Counted from the stretch's first letter, positions 29,471-42,977 are shown. The stretch: 64,000 nt of DNA from Veleropilina oligotropha (GCA_048128005.1 JBEUKZ010000006.1:1-64000), one strand, 5' to 3'. Numbers and translations: made by a program. The notes: generated by a model from the sequence alone, not told the origin.

Positions 29471-29849
29471 TTCTTCTGCTTGTTTTGGAAAGACGATGAA
29501 GACGAATTGATGTTTAACGACCACGCCAACAGTATTTCAGTCCTAATTTGAGCCAATCAACGTATTTGAATGATGAAATGAAGTGGTGCTGTATGCAATG
29601 GAGGTAGCGATCATTGGAAAAAACCCGCCACTCCCGGGGCTTGAACACGTGACCTCCCGATGATCTTAATAGAATCTTTACTTCATGACGTAATGCTGTT
29701 AACTCCGCTCTGTTGTTGAAGGAGATCTTTCTAGTTCGAAAATCATTGGAGGTCAGTCTTCTGTCTGGGTTTGATGAAAACGTCTGTTCCTTGATCATTC
29801 ACTACTCCTGCCTAAATTGCCGACTCTTAAGCGACTGTCTCGATTGCGC

Positions 29850-30021
29850 TAACTAACTGGAGTGGGTTCGAATCTTGTTTAGGACATGACGTTCTTTGTT
29901 CTGTAATCAATCGGAGTTGTCCGTAACTGACCGGGCTTTCCTCCCCCGAAAATATGGACATGTCCTACCTTGAACGTAAATGTTGTTAACATACATGATA
30001 TTAAGCATCGATCCAACCCAA
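29850..30021 (+). mobile_element. tRNA-derived SINE remnant
   Basis: B-box-like gggttcgaatc, core agttgtccgtaactg, atggacatgtcc and tail ttaagcatcgatccaacccaa, shared with copies at 34440, 60715 and 63757. Confidence 0.65.
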
Positions 30022-30023
30022 TG

Positions 30024-30793
30024 CACGATGATCGGGGTCCTCCAGGTGATGATCCGGCTGATCGGGGTGCTTCCAGGTGATGATCCGGCTCCTCACGATG
30101 ATCGGGGTCTTCCAGGTGATGATCCGGCTCCTCACGATGATCGGGGTGCTTCCATGTGATGATCCGGCTCCTCACGATGATCGGGGTGCTTCCAGGTGAT
30201 GATCCGGCTCCTCACGATGATCGGGGTCTTCCAGGTGATGATCCGGCTCCTCACGATGATCGGGGTGCTTCCAGGTGATGATCCGGCTCCTCACGATGAT
30301 CGGGGTGCTTCCAGGTGATGATCCGGCTGATCGGGGTGCTTCCAGGTGATGATCCGGCTCCTCACGATGATCGGGGTGCCTCCAGGTGATGATCCGGCTC
30401 CTCACGATGATCGGGGTCTTCCAGGTGATGATCCGGCTCCTCACGATGATCGGGGTGCTTCCAGGTGATGATCCGGCTCCTCACGATGATCGGGGTGCTT
30501 CCAGGTGATGATCCGGCTGATCGGGGTGCTTCCATGTGATGATCCGGCTCCTCACGATGATCGGGGTACTTCCAGGTGATGATCCGGCTCCTCACGATGA
30601 TCGGGGTGCTTCCAGGTGATGATCCGGCTCCTCACGATGATCGGGGTGCTTCCATGTGATGATCCGGCTCCTCACGATGATCGGGGTGCTTCCAGGTGAT
30701 GATCCGGCTCCTCACGATGATCGGGGTCTTCCAGGTGATGATCCGGCTCCTCACGATGATCGGGGTGCTTCCAGGTGATGATCCGGCTCCTCA
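30024..30793 (+). repeat. ~40-bp GC-rich minisatellite (~20 copies) with 39-bp and shorter variants
   Basis: Unit cacgatgatcggggtgcttccaggtgatgatccggctcct. Confidence 0.95.
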
Positions 30794-31605
30794 GATTGAA
30801 AAAGCATCGCCCTTTCGGTTGATGATAGCAAGTCTCCATATTCGCTATGTAGGCTCTTCGACAAGTGATTGAAGCTTGTTCTCTTTTACCTGTTCGCGGC
30901 TGGGTTTCGGATCTCAGTGTACATTGGGTGGATGGGCATGCTCAGTATCTTCTCACTACAGATGTACACATTCTCCTCGCGTCTGTCTTCAAGGGGCTCT
31001 ATACCTTGTCTGCATCAGCCCGAGTTCTGCACTTTCTTCAGGCGACTGGTGTTTCATTACTATAGGCCTATGATATGATGATTAAAAATCAATCTTCAAC
31101 CTAACACGGATGTGGATCGAGTATTAAAAAAGATTATCTTAATTTCGCCACGAATCCTGTTTTGATTGGCTGACGTCATTTATTAACTGGCCGTGAACCA
31201 CGGCCAGGCGTGGTTGATGGTTCCTTGTATCACGGTGGCGTCATTTCGTCGCGAATCCTCTGTTCTGATTCGCTGGCGTCATTTTACTACCTGACAGTAA
31301 ATCACGACCCGGCATTACATTATAGATAACACCAGTGTTATGGCAAGTCGGGAGTAAGTTAATTAGGTACGGTCATTAAGACAGGATATATAAATCAAGA
31401 TAAATACGTTGTTGAGCAATGTCTTGGTAAACACGGTGAATTGAATACCGTGTTTACCGCGACGTCGCAAAAGGCACAGTTATGGTCTTTCCTGTTATGA
31501 CATTCCTAACTTTGGAAATTTATTTACTAAAACGAGACCACGTATCTGTGTTAAATTTGTTCTATTATCATATGCCAAAATTCTTCACCAATATTTTTTG
31601 TATAA

Positions 31606-32753
31606 AGTCCCAGTCACACCATAGCGATAACTATACCTGTAAACTATACATATAACTATCATTTAATCGGTCCCCTAGCTGTGTTTTATTTGGTGGTGGT
31701 CACACCACACCGATAGCTATAACGATTCTTCAGCACTGACGTTATAGCTATCGGGTACATTGCTTTCAGAGCGATTTTTCCATGCCTGGCCTATCCTATA
31801 TTATTTGTGAACCAATCATTTCATTGTTTACATGTTACGTAACGTTAGGTGAACACTTGAATCTTATCGGAATATTTTTTCACGTCGATCATCATTATGG
31901 AAGAACAACTGATTTCAGATGTGGAAAAGAATCCCCTCTTGTATGACAAGAAACACCAACTTTACAAGGATGCAATACAAAGAGGATATATCTGGAGCAT
32001 GATAGGCGATGTAATAGCAATAAAAGTACAGGGTGTCCGAGAAGTCCATACCTTTATCGATTAGTCCCTACCTTTATCGAATAGTCGCCACTGCATCGGG
32101 CCTTATTTCTTTGACGGTCCGGTAAACCAAGACACTTATCGGGCTATGCTTCGTGTCTGGTTTATTCCTCAACTTGATGGCCTGGGTATACGAGAGGCAG
32201 TATGGTTGCAGCAAGATGGTGCTCCTGCACACTACGCATTGGCTGTGAGGCAGTTCCTGGACGAGCACAAGACACGGTACCAGACAACCGGCGACCTGAA
32301 AGTTGCTGTCCGCTATGCTTTTGCGACGATCAACCCTCCCATGCTGCGAAGAATGAGTCACCGCACATGGCGGAAAATGATCCTATGTCATGAGAACGAT
32401 GGTAAACACACAGACCCGTTGGATAACAAATGAAGCTGTATAAATGCTGTACTATACACATCACGCATACCAGGGCGATAAAGGTAGGTACTTCTCGGAC
32501 ACCCTGTAGATCATCTTCGCTATCACTATCTTCCATTGTGCATGCACATTACACATACACCCATGATCAAACATATGCATGTACGCACACAAAACTGCTG
32601 CTCTACATGCCTACTGCCCACATGACACGCTTGTCTGATCGATTTATCCGCCAGTATCGGTAATGGTGTGACTAGCCCAATATATTCATAGTTATCGATA
32701 TAGTAATAGGTATAGTTAACAGGTATAGTTATCGCTATGGTGTGACTGGGCCT
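31606..32753. mobile_element. Internally deleted PIF/Harbinger element
   Basis: TAA TSD (31603-31605, 32754-32756). TIR of ~40 bp ag(t/g)cccagtcacaccatagcgataactatacctg. MADF-like start MEEQLISDVEKNPLLYDKKHQLYKD...W at 31897. Confidence 0.85.
32029..32506 (+). mobile_element. Internally deleted Tc1/mariner-superfamily element nested in the Harbinger copy
   Basis: TA TSD, TIR cagggtgtccgagaagt, and transposase remnant GPYFFDG.VN...WLQQDGAPAHY. Confidence 0.88.
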
Positions 32754-33299
32754 TAATAGTGATTATCTCGCTCTGACTGCACATAACATTTTATATAAGC
32801 ATATTAGGACGACAATATTTGAGCGCATATGGCGAGCGATCAATTCGTGCGGCTTCGTGCGAGTCCAACATTTCCCGCATTAATCTCGTTAGTGCGGCCC
32901 ACTTGACGCTTGCTGCTCGCCTGATGCGTCCACATTGTGCACATTCACGAGACACATGGCCTACATGTGATCCTTCACTGCGGCCAGCATCGGCCAGTTG
33001 GTCGCATCGTCCAATACTATTCTACAAGTCTTCCGTAACACAGCGTATAATCAAAGGAATAAAACCTAATAATGATTAAGATATGCTGGTCTTGTTAAAA
33101 GAATAATCGGTGATATTAGCATGGTTATACTAATATGCACTCTTTTTCATTGTTTTAATGCATAATGCATATTTATAGCATTTCAGATTATATTTTGTAA
33201 TATTTCAGATCTATTCAAAATATGCTATTCCAATAATCCACATTGATAATATATTTTTAATTTCACAATTATGAAAAAATATATTCCGATTTTCATATA

Positions 33300-33727
33300 C
33301 CGTATTTCCTTGAATAAACGCCTGCCTTGAATAAACGCCTGCCTCGAATAGACGCAGCCCTCGAGAGTCTCTTGAAAATATAAATGCCTACCTTGAATAG
33401 ACGCCTCCTCAAACATACCATTTTTACAGAAGATACAGATAGATTAAAATGCGCATGTTTAAATGCAAACTGCATAGTGTATTATGATTCCTTTCATAGT
33501 ACTGGGTCATTCAGCTCGTTTCAGACGTCTGTGGTCATTTTTGGTGACTTATTTTCATGAACATGAGTGTTCATTTTTCCCTGAAATTATGTCTGAAAAA
33601 ATAAACGCCTGCCTTGAATAGACGCCTGCCTTGAATAGACGCCTGCCTTAATTAAACGCCTGCCATGAGAGTCTCGTGAAAAAAATAAACGCCCGGGCGT
33701 CTAGGGCGTCTATTCAAGGAAATACGG
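33300..33727. mobile_element. pogo/Tigger-like MITE
   Basis: TA TSD, TIR ccgtatttccttgaata(a/g)acgcc, and repeated internal ttgaata(a/g)acgcctgcc motifs. Confidence 0.85.
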
Positions 33728-34444
33728 TATTTACAAACTATAATATCATTATATTTACTGTCATTTTATTTTCAAATACTAGTATATTGAAAAAAATTTA
33801 AATACATTAAAAGATTTTAAATAAAGGTTTTGGTTTTGTTTGGATCGATGCTTATTAATGTCCCCATTTAACATGATTTAGGAGGAATATCCGGTCGCCC
33901 GGGAAATTTCGCTCGCACCGGCCAGTTATATTCACCGTGGATAACAAAGTGTCGCTCCGTGGATCCCAACCCACTCACAGAATACAAAATACGGAAAGTT
34001 TTATTTAAGTACGGATTTTTACAACAGCGTGACGAATCGTAAACGCTAGTTATAATGAACTATTTTTTCGACGATAAAATATTATTAACTATAAATTGTA
34101 AAATAACACATCAAGCGCTAGAACACAAACATATATATATACAGTACATGCAATACATTTTTATATAATACATAATAATAAAGATATTTGCTGAAAATAG
34201 ATGAAAATATAATAATATGTAATAATAAAAATATTGATTAAACTTGACAAATATTGAAAATGAGTTAAAATAAAATAAATATAAATAAATACACTGCGTT
34301 TACATCACTGCCATTCGAAATTTTCATTTCTGCTTTAAAATTTAATGGTTAAAACTGCCTCGTTCAAGGAGTTTATTTGGTCTAATTTCACATTTTGGCA
34401 CCTGCTTATCTAAACGAGATATGAGACGTAACGTAAAGACTCTA

Positions 34445-34655
34445 TGCTTAATGTCCTGTATATTTTCAGCCATCATTTGAATCAAAGCAGGACATGTCCA
34501 TATTATAGCCCGGGGAAACTCGCCCTCTCCGACCAGTTATGAACAACTGATTCATAACTTTAACAAATGTGTGATGTTCCTGCCGAGGTTTGAACCCACT
34601 ACTGTTCGCGTCGGAGTCCACAACCAAAACCATACAGCTGTCGAACAGACCATTG
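34445..34655 (-). mobile_element. tRNA-derived SINE copy
   Basis: Colinear with 63757-63998; B-box-like gggttcaaacc on the minus strand. Confidence 0.75.
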
Positions 34656-34668
34656 TGCTGGGTATAGG

Positions 34669-35250
34669 GTGGTGGATCGGTTTTGTTACCTAAGCGACAT
34701 GCTGAGTGTGGGGGGAGGTGTGGGCGCAGCGGTGACGGCGAGAGTAAGGTGTGCGTGGAAGAGGTTCCGAGAGTTGCCATCATTCCTAACACCCAAGGCG
34801 CCACCAATGAAGATGAAGGGCCAAGTGTATGCCTACATGCATGGCATGTGTCAGATGTTGCTTGCTCTACGGTTGCGACTCATGGGCCACGGGGGTAGAC
34901 CAAGACAAGAAATTGGAGAAAACTGAGAGGAGCATGATCCGGTGGATGTGTGGCGTGTCTCTGCGGGACAGACTGAAGAGTGAAGCATTGGGAAGACGGT
35001 TTGGGGTGGGGCGGTTGATGACGTTGTGAAGAGGAGTAGACTGAGATGGTTTGGAGCGGAAGGAAAACGCCGAATGGTTGAAGGGCTGCATCATGGTTTC
35101 GTGGATGGGCGAGCTCCTGGTGGCAGATCAATGAACACCTGGCAGCACGCTATGTCCATCGACATGCGACAGATGAGGGCGCCCAGGACAGAGCCAGATG
35201 GAGATGAGCCATGGGAAGGACAATTCCGTACCCGCCGGTGCTTATAACCC
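34669..35250 (+). mobile_element. RTE-clade LINE 3' remnant
   Basis: VDRFCYL...ARVRCAWKRFREL, LLYGCDSW, ERSMIRWMCGVSLRDR, RLRWFG, with frameshifts. Confidence 0.85.
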
Positions 35251-36486
35251 ATATTCTCCGACATGTTGATGATGACTGCACATTTCCGTCAAATATAAAG
35301 ATGTATGTAAGGTTTGCGCACCTGTCGTAATTGGGAAGAACTGGTTTGACTGCATGAAAAGTCAAACAGCGCTCATGAAATACATATTGAATTGCTAACT
35401 GTCGAGTTGACACTAGAAGGAGCCACTGTAAAATATATATTGACTTTGACTTCAAGGGCAATGCATTGGCAAGGGGGACCGAACCATTCGAACTCCCCAT
35501 GGCTACGGCCCTGCCTTCCGCACCGATCAGTTAATGTACCACTGTTACTGGTAACTTGACAGTGTCGAGTCTACGATTCGATGAATACCCATACCAAGCA
35601 GTGAAGTCATTGCAAGCTTTATCCGTTATCAGTATAGTAACTGCACCTAAAAACGAACATCATCAATTCCTCGATCAATTTATGCATTATCGAATATATT
35701 TCATGATTGTGTTTCGTGTTATGGTCTATGTCAATGTTATATCAACCATTTAAAAAAGATATTCAGACAATTTATTGCAGTAAAGGCATAAGCACTAACA
35801 CTGCATGGTTAAAGTGTGCACGAAGTTTCGCGAAAATAGGTGGACTGTGTGGTTTTGGGGATATGCACCGTAAAAAGTCATCACCCATTATAGTCAATGT
35901 TAATCATACATCTACCATTTTTACATTAAAATTTCGAATTTAAAACCCGAAAACGACAAAAGGCGCAAGCACTCAACCTAGTTAAAGGTTCCTGAAGCTA
36001 GACTGTACATACTGTTTGGAGCAAAAGCGCCGCACACACCGTTCAGTAGGTATACTGCTACTGAAAACTCATTATATTATAGTCAATCATGCATTTATGA
36101 AAGTAGCAAATGGCACTAAATTTATCTTTTTATCTCAAGCTTTAATTTTAGCCTGATTTAATCATAAAATATATATGTATATGATGAATGATTAAAAACT
36201 ATAAATTACATGAACAATTTTTCTCATTTATGTGGTTTCGTCGTTATAATATCTATATTAGAAAGAATAGGCTATATGTTATAAGTATCGCTGCAAATTC
36301 AACAGCAGCTAAACATATCATAAACAACAATGTTTTAATCGTTTTACATAGCTAGGGTTGGATTTTTAAGGCTTTGTTAGTTCGTGCGTATTGCATCTTG
36401 TTTTATATTTTAAGAACGCGTTGATCGCAGACAAGACGTGTTTTGGCATCTTTCAACTAAACCATTTAATTTTGCATTTACATGAT

Positions 36487-37629
36487 TACCCTCTCCTCCG
36501 GCGCCTCCGGAGGAGAGGCGAGGGTGTTGCAATCGGTTCCGTATGTATGTCTGTATGTATGTATGTATGTCCATTCGCATAACTCGAAAATCCGATTTAT
36601 TTGAACTTTTTACACAATATATTGGCTCGGTCCTCCTCGAAGATGGTCTGGATTGGCATCCGGATTCGGATTTTATGACGCAATATCCGGTTTACGGATT
36701 TTCGGCTGTAGCGTTAAAACGCTACGTCGTACAAACTTCAAATAAGGCTCAAATTGTTCTTTAGAATACGGGACAATGACATGATGAATTATATACGATC
36801 TACGTCACCAAGATGGCCGAAAGGGGATTGTAAACTTTAAAAATTGGGGGTAAATTTTTTATTTCGCCAAATAGAATTAAACTGTGTAAATTCGTCATGC
36901 AAATCGTAGTCCTGATGAAATTATATTGACATCAGCATAAATATTTCGAAAATAATGTGAAATGTGAAATTTATAAGCATTTTAGAAATCAACCAAATCA
37001 AAATGCAACAAAGGGCCGTAAATCGGAAGCCACTGATTCCAGACACGTCAAATTTTAACAACTGACAGAGTGAGACATTATCTACAACTCTTCTCGATAT
37101 ACTTTGTGTGTTTGAACGAATTTATATCAACAATTTTTGTTCCGAAGTTAAAATCGTCGAGACGTTGCGATTACTTTTTAAATGCTGCTAACGCCGTGAT
37201 ATAATTGACACCATTAAGCATGGTTACCGTAATCTACCTTTCTTTAAAATTTCAGGTATATCGCTTCAGTAACTATTGAGTTATTGCGAGTTAAGTATTG
37301 TCAGCTTCCGCAAAATTTGCAATACAAAAATCGAACAACAAGTATATATAGCCTACAATCAAAGCTATTTTTAGACAAGTACATATAGCGCGAACAGTTA
37401 AGGCGTCGTCGATTACTATTGAGGTCTCGGGTTCAAATCCCGTTACTTCCAAATTTTTTTAATTTATATTTTAACTTAAGTTTTGTTATTATTACTTGAA
37501 TTCTGTTATGATCTGTCATCACATTTTTATGATTGTAATTCATGTTCAGAAATATTTAATTCTGACTTTAGCCACAGTCTTCCTTGGCCCCAGGCGAGGG
37601 TTTGCAATCTCCTCTGATTGCCCTTGTTA
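36487..37629 (+). mobile_element. Helentron-type (DINE-like) non-autonomous element
   Basis: 5' ttaccctc...GC hairpin...gagggt, then (tatg)n. 3' ggcgagggt plus hairpin gcaatc...gattgc before TT. Contains a tRNA-like fragment at ~37385-37442. Confidence 0.75.
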
Positions 37630-38592
37630 TAATATGTAAATTGAACAATGCAATATTTAAATGTAATAATACAATTTCTTGTTTGAGTTTTAATTGTTAA
37701 TATGTCATATCATAAATATACTATCATGCAGGGCCGTAGCTAGCGGGGGGGCAGGGGGGGGCAGTTGCCCCCCCACTCAGATTTGGGCACTTAAATTTTT
37801 TATCATAATGTCATATAATATCACCCAATAATATTATTATTGGACTTCATATTGCAGGACAGGTGGTCTCTTAGCACCCCAAATTCAAAAAATTCCTCGT
37901 CGGTGTTTTAGCAGGCCAGTTCCTAAAGGAACCACCGGTTAATAACTTATAAAAATAAGAGCACAATAAGTGTTATTGCCGCTCACTTCTCTTTTAGTCC
38001 CCTAGTCTGTATATCTAGATAATTAAGTGGTTATATACATATTTTATCTACTTAGTCACATAAATATGTCGATATATAGAAAAAATATTCACTTAGCGAC
38101 ATACGAAATGCTTTGCGTTAAATATATTTTATTAAAAATATCGACGCGACGCGCGGAAGTGCCATCTGCATGCCACATACGTTATCTAATACTTAAAATA
38201 AATTGTTCTTCAAAATGTGTGACCCACCAAATGAAACTTTATAACTACTGTAGGGGGATCTCCATCCCATCTTCGTGGTCCCGTCGACGATGATACTTCA
38301 CCTAACGCCGTCAAATTAACCGAAGTGTATGTGGATATGTCGATGGCAGTTTGGCGAACTTAAACTGCATAGATTTTCGATCGAGATATCCACTTACGCA
38401 AAACGATGATGTATGTCGCTAACTAGATACTATTATATTATCTATATGTAACCACATAATTATCTAGATGCTAAGACTACATAATTAAGTATATATGGGA
38501 ATATGTGGATGGCTAAAATGTGCCACCATACATTTTGGTTCTGATAGATGAAAAGCTACGCTCTCTAATATTTCACGTGAGAAATTAAAAAA

Positions 38593-41500
38593 ATGGCAAA
38601 CAGCGAGCTGCCAGCAGCGCCCGCGGCGAAGAAGCTTAGACAATCGTCCATATTAAGCTTCTCATCTACCATCAGTACCAGGTAAGCTACAATTCCGACA
38701 GACAATCTGATTGTCATGTTTCATTAATTTATCGCCTATATATAAATTACAGTTTACAAAATAATGAAACTAGGAAACGTGAATTAAATTATTGGCATGT
38801 CGATGATGTGTCATTATTAAAGTATATATAACAGTTCTCTTACCGATTGATTTCGCTATGTGTAGTATTTATATTATAGTACTGAAAATTCCGAATGGAT
38901 AATATTAACACAACTACAAACGAAGACAATATGGTTATTAATTTAAAGAGAACCTCAGTCAAACAATCTGTTACGCAATAATGTTGATGCGACAGTCAGA
39001 TGCTTCGGCGAATTGAAAGACGTTATAGCGAAGCATACAGACGATTCGTTCAAATTCATTATTGACATTTTAAAGTAATTTTAATAATATGGAAATGCTG
39101 ATGCGTCTTTTAAAATTACCTCATAAAAATTGCTCTTGCAATATCAGCACAACAAGAATAAAATTCATATTTTCAACTATAATTATTATTATTTTAAACA
39201 ACTGCCAAATTTATGTTTACAATACTAGTATATAGAATATTCGATGGCTTGTCACAAATATCAAATATATTTCGTCTTGTGAACTATTTCCCAACTATTT
39301 CTTTTCGTGAGTCGGCTGGGAAATATATTTGATATTTGTGACAGACCATTGAATACCCTGTATATATTGTGTTGTTGCATATCCTGGAATATGATCACTT
39401 GTTTGTATTCAAACCTAAGGTTAATTGACACTTGATATATAATAATGTAAATGATTTATTTTAATAGGAATACGGATGACTGCAGCCCTGCAGTTGGTAA
39501 ATCAAGTGCTGGCGATGAAGGAGGAAGCATCTCAGAAAAGGAAAAGGGTTACCACGACGCGACCGTTACTGGTCTTATTGATCCTGCTGATCCGGTAAAT
39601 TACGTTGGCAAACAAATGTTAGGTGATGAAAAGCTAACTTTACTTGAGTCAAAGTTTGAAATTCCTCACGACTTCAAGTTTCCAAAGAATGCGGGAAGAA
39701 GATTTCAGCCAAGCTGGATGGACACTAGACCATGGTTGCATTACAGCATCAGCCAAGACCGTGCATATTGTAATTATTGCTTATGCTTCGGGATAAGTGA
39801 CGATCAGATAACAGCATTTAGCTCAACAGGTTTTAAGAACTGGGAGAAAGCAGTGGGTAAAAAGGACAGTTATCTTGATCAACACATGCGTAGTGAATGC
39901 CACAAGCTCGCAGGGCAAAAAGCATACGACTTTCTAAAAACACATCGTATTGCAGGCTCAGATATCAATGCTAGGTTACATAAACAATCAGCTGAGCAAC
40001 AGGTCCGTACAAAAAGAGGAATTATGTCAATTATTGACATCGTCCTGTCTTTGGGCCAGAGAGGCGTAGCCTTTAGAGGAAACTGGGACAATCAAACTAA
40101 TTGGGAGGATGGAAATTTTGCATTTTTTGTTAATTGGAAGTCCAGGTTTGACTCAGATATCAGGGAACACATACAATCTGCACCGGGAAATGCAAAATAC
40201 ACTTCGCCTCAAATCCAGAATGAGATTATTTCAATAAGTGAAGAAATGATTAGAGATAATATTTTAAAACACATGCCTGTGTATTGGAGTGTTATGGCTG
40301 ATGAAACGCAAGATTGCTCTACAACTGAACAACTAAGCGTTTGTGTGCGCTACCTTAACAGTTCATATGAAGTATGCGAGGACTTTATTGGATTTGTAAG
40401 GATGACAGAAATGAATGCACAAGCCATTGCTGATGCTTTAACTTCGAAACTTCTCCGTTGGGGGCTGAATATGTCAAATCTGGTTGCTCAAGGGTATGAT
40501 GGAGCGGCGGTTATGAGCTCTGCAAAGAATGGCGTACAAGCAAAAGTACAAGCTCAGTATCCTAATGCTACATACGTGCACTGTAGAGCCCATGCCTTGA
40601 ATCTTGCTATCTCCAGTGGATGCAAAAATGTACCATCAATACGAAACGTTTTTGATAATGTTTCTAAATTAACGTGGTTTCTTTGTTGGAGCGCCAAAAG
40701 AAAGGAAATTTTCCTTGAAGTTGCAGCCCAGGATGCAACATGTCATGGTAATGATCTGGTCAATCTTCTTATTGACAGTGGTGAAGATGAATTGCTGGAG
40801 AAATCAGCCATGGCTATTAAAGACGGCAGCAAGATGACTTCTGTACCAAAGTTCTGTGCAACGCGATGGAGTGCCCGAGTCACGACTCTATCTGCTCTGC
40901 TAGCAAAATATCTCTCAGTGATAGATTCGATGGAGATGATTTCAACAAAAAGTTCTGGTGATGCTAAAATGGAAGCTTCATCGTATGTTCGCCTTCTCCA
41001 AGATCCTCAATTCATTACCGCTGTATCAGTCGCACAATTTATCCTTTCATTTCTCGGCCCAGTGACGAAAATAATGCAAGCCAAAGATTGTAGTCTGGCT
41101 GATGCTTACAGCGACGTTGCATTAGCAAAGAGCTGTATCGCAGATACGAGAAATAATGAATACTGGGAAAAGTTATGGAACAGGATTGAAAGTGTTGCTG
41201 CGACTGCAAACGTACCTATGGTAAAGCCTCGAACAGCAAACATCCAGCGGCATCGAGCTAATGCAGCTCTTGATCACCATGCAACTCAAACTGCAAGTGA
41301 ATATTACAAATTAAACGTCTTCTACCCATTCATTGATCATGTCGTTACCGAACTTGACACTAGATTTTCCAGTAAACATGATGGCCTCATTTCTGCTCAG
41401 AATCTGGTACCGACGTATCTAGAAAAGCTAACCGAGAGTCAGATTGACTCTATCAGTTCGTACTACAGTAAATATTTACTGTATGGAGAGAATGACAACA

Positions 41501-41832
41501 TAATGATCGAGATGGCAAAGTGGAAGAAACTATACGAGCCGGTACCGGTTGAGGACCGACCATGCACAGCAAGCCTAGCTTTAGCTGAAAGTAGCTCTCA
41601 AACGTTCCCAGCCATCCACAAAATCTTAACGATATTCCTGACAACTCCAGTCGGCAGCATATCTTGTGAGCGATCTTTTTCCGCCCTACGCAGACTTAAA
41701 TTATGGACGCGCGCTTCTATGGCAGAAGAACGGCTATGTGGGCTTGCAATGATGCTGATCCACAGAGGAACAAAGTTTATTCCCAGCCCAGAAGAAGTAC
41801 ACGCAAAAAAGACTAATTGGAGAAAAGTTTAA
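38593..41832 (+). CDS. hAT transposase; predicted join(38593..38681,39468..41832), 817 aa
   Basis: TTF-type Zn finger (W...WL.YS...C..C...H), DUF4371-like RG...GNF, catalytic ADET / YDG / CERSFS, CxxH, TRW. A phase-2 GTAAG..TAG intron joins exon 1 in frame. Confidence 0.9.
39229..39365. mobile_element. Small hairpin MITE in the hAT intron
   Basis: ~45-bp imperfect inverted arms with a perfect core tgtcacaaatatcaaatatatttc. Confidence 0.6.
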
Positions 41833-42907
41833 AGCGTATTGCCATAAATTTTGTTTAATTCAAAAAGCAATTATATGTATAATTGAATTGTAATCTGTGA
41901 AAACATGTAATTGCCTGTATGGTGTACATAACGTCATACAACAGAATGATGTTTTATGAAACAACTTTTCTCTCTTGTATTTTATTAGATTCATTAATAC
42001 TAGTATATTACTACACACGTGTACCCACTCGCCTCCGCCGGTTACGGAACATAATCATATATATATATATATATATATATATACATTATATACATACTAG
42101 TATATACTTTTGCGCTCTCATAACCCAGGTGAGGCCATTTCAGAGTGGGAAAAGCATTTTTTTTCTACGCGGCGGGGAACTTAATGGTCCCCGCCGCGTA
42201 TCGTGGACCTAGGCTCGCATCTATAGTGCACGCATCACTTTGCCCCCCCAGCTCTAAATTTCTAGCTACGGCCCTGCTATGTCATTTTCGATGATAAGTT
42301 GGGCCCACTGTGGTGGTATATTTTGACTTCTTGAGAATTTGTCTTTGCTCACGTGGTAGTTTTCCACGTTCCTATTGGTCGAACTAATTCCAAGCCCGAT
42401 TATTTATCGAGGTTTGTAGCACACTACTAGCCGACAAGGCACGTCAGGACGTCTGAAAATCTAGCAGTGCCAGATAATGCCTGACGAGGTCCGACAATCC
42501 CCGATATTGTCTTAAATTGCCGCAGACTACCCGATAATTTGACGCTGATGAAAAATCGGATTGTATATATCCGGCGAAACACATGTGCTGCAGGCTTAAG
42601 AATACTCATATCAGGTGGTGGCTCTCATTTAAACAAGCAGGAGTGAGTGAAGTGGGAATGTCAATTTCGCAGTCTGGTCAAGACACCTTTTCACGGCGTA
42701 GGGCCCTGTATCACGTGCCCCATTCACCAGGAAGAGGTCGGACATTCTGCAGTTTATTCGCCGTGCAATCATCCCAATATCGCTGCCAAGTAGTTTGAAT
42801 GCACTTATTTATATTGTACTTAAAATCTGAATGCCGAATTTCGCAATTTATAGGCTGATTAATGTTAAAGCTGTAAAGGTGTCAATGCTCTTGGAGAGTT
42901 TATTAAA

Positions 42908-42942
42908 TCTTAATATAATGGAGCTATAATTGTATGTGTGTG

Positions 42943-42977
<35 letters not shown>

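Larger units (their letters stand above)
37729..42276 (+). mobile_element. Full-length hAT transposon (Tip100/ZMYM1/THAP12-like group)
   Basis: 15-bp perfect TIR cagggccgtagctag and an intact transposase. Flanks ctatcatg / ctatgtca match only partly as an 8-bp TSD. Confidence 0.92.

Noticed and set aside
30024..30793. CRISPR-like appearance of the 24-, 36- and 40-bp arrays
   Set aside because: Units are head-to-tail with no unique spacers, there are no cas genes, and the context is eukaryotic.
36910..36955. Second ctgatga...gaaa motif
   Set aside because: No convincing stems I-III.
37385..37445. tRNA-like sequence with A/B boxes
   Set aside because: No complete cloverleaf; a decayed SINE head inside a Helentron-type element.
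39451..39467. ORF-track start MIYFN of the hAT transposase
   Set aside because: Lies in the predicted intron's acceptor region; the upstream exon gives a better start.
42540..42595. Hammerhead-ribozyme-like ctgatga...cggat/atccg...gaaac
   Set aside because: Stem II is not closed next to the core, the cleavage triplet would be GUG and stem I is absent; at best a dead relic.
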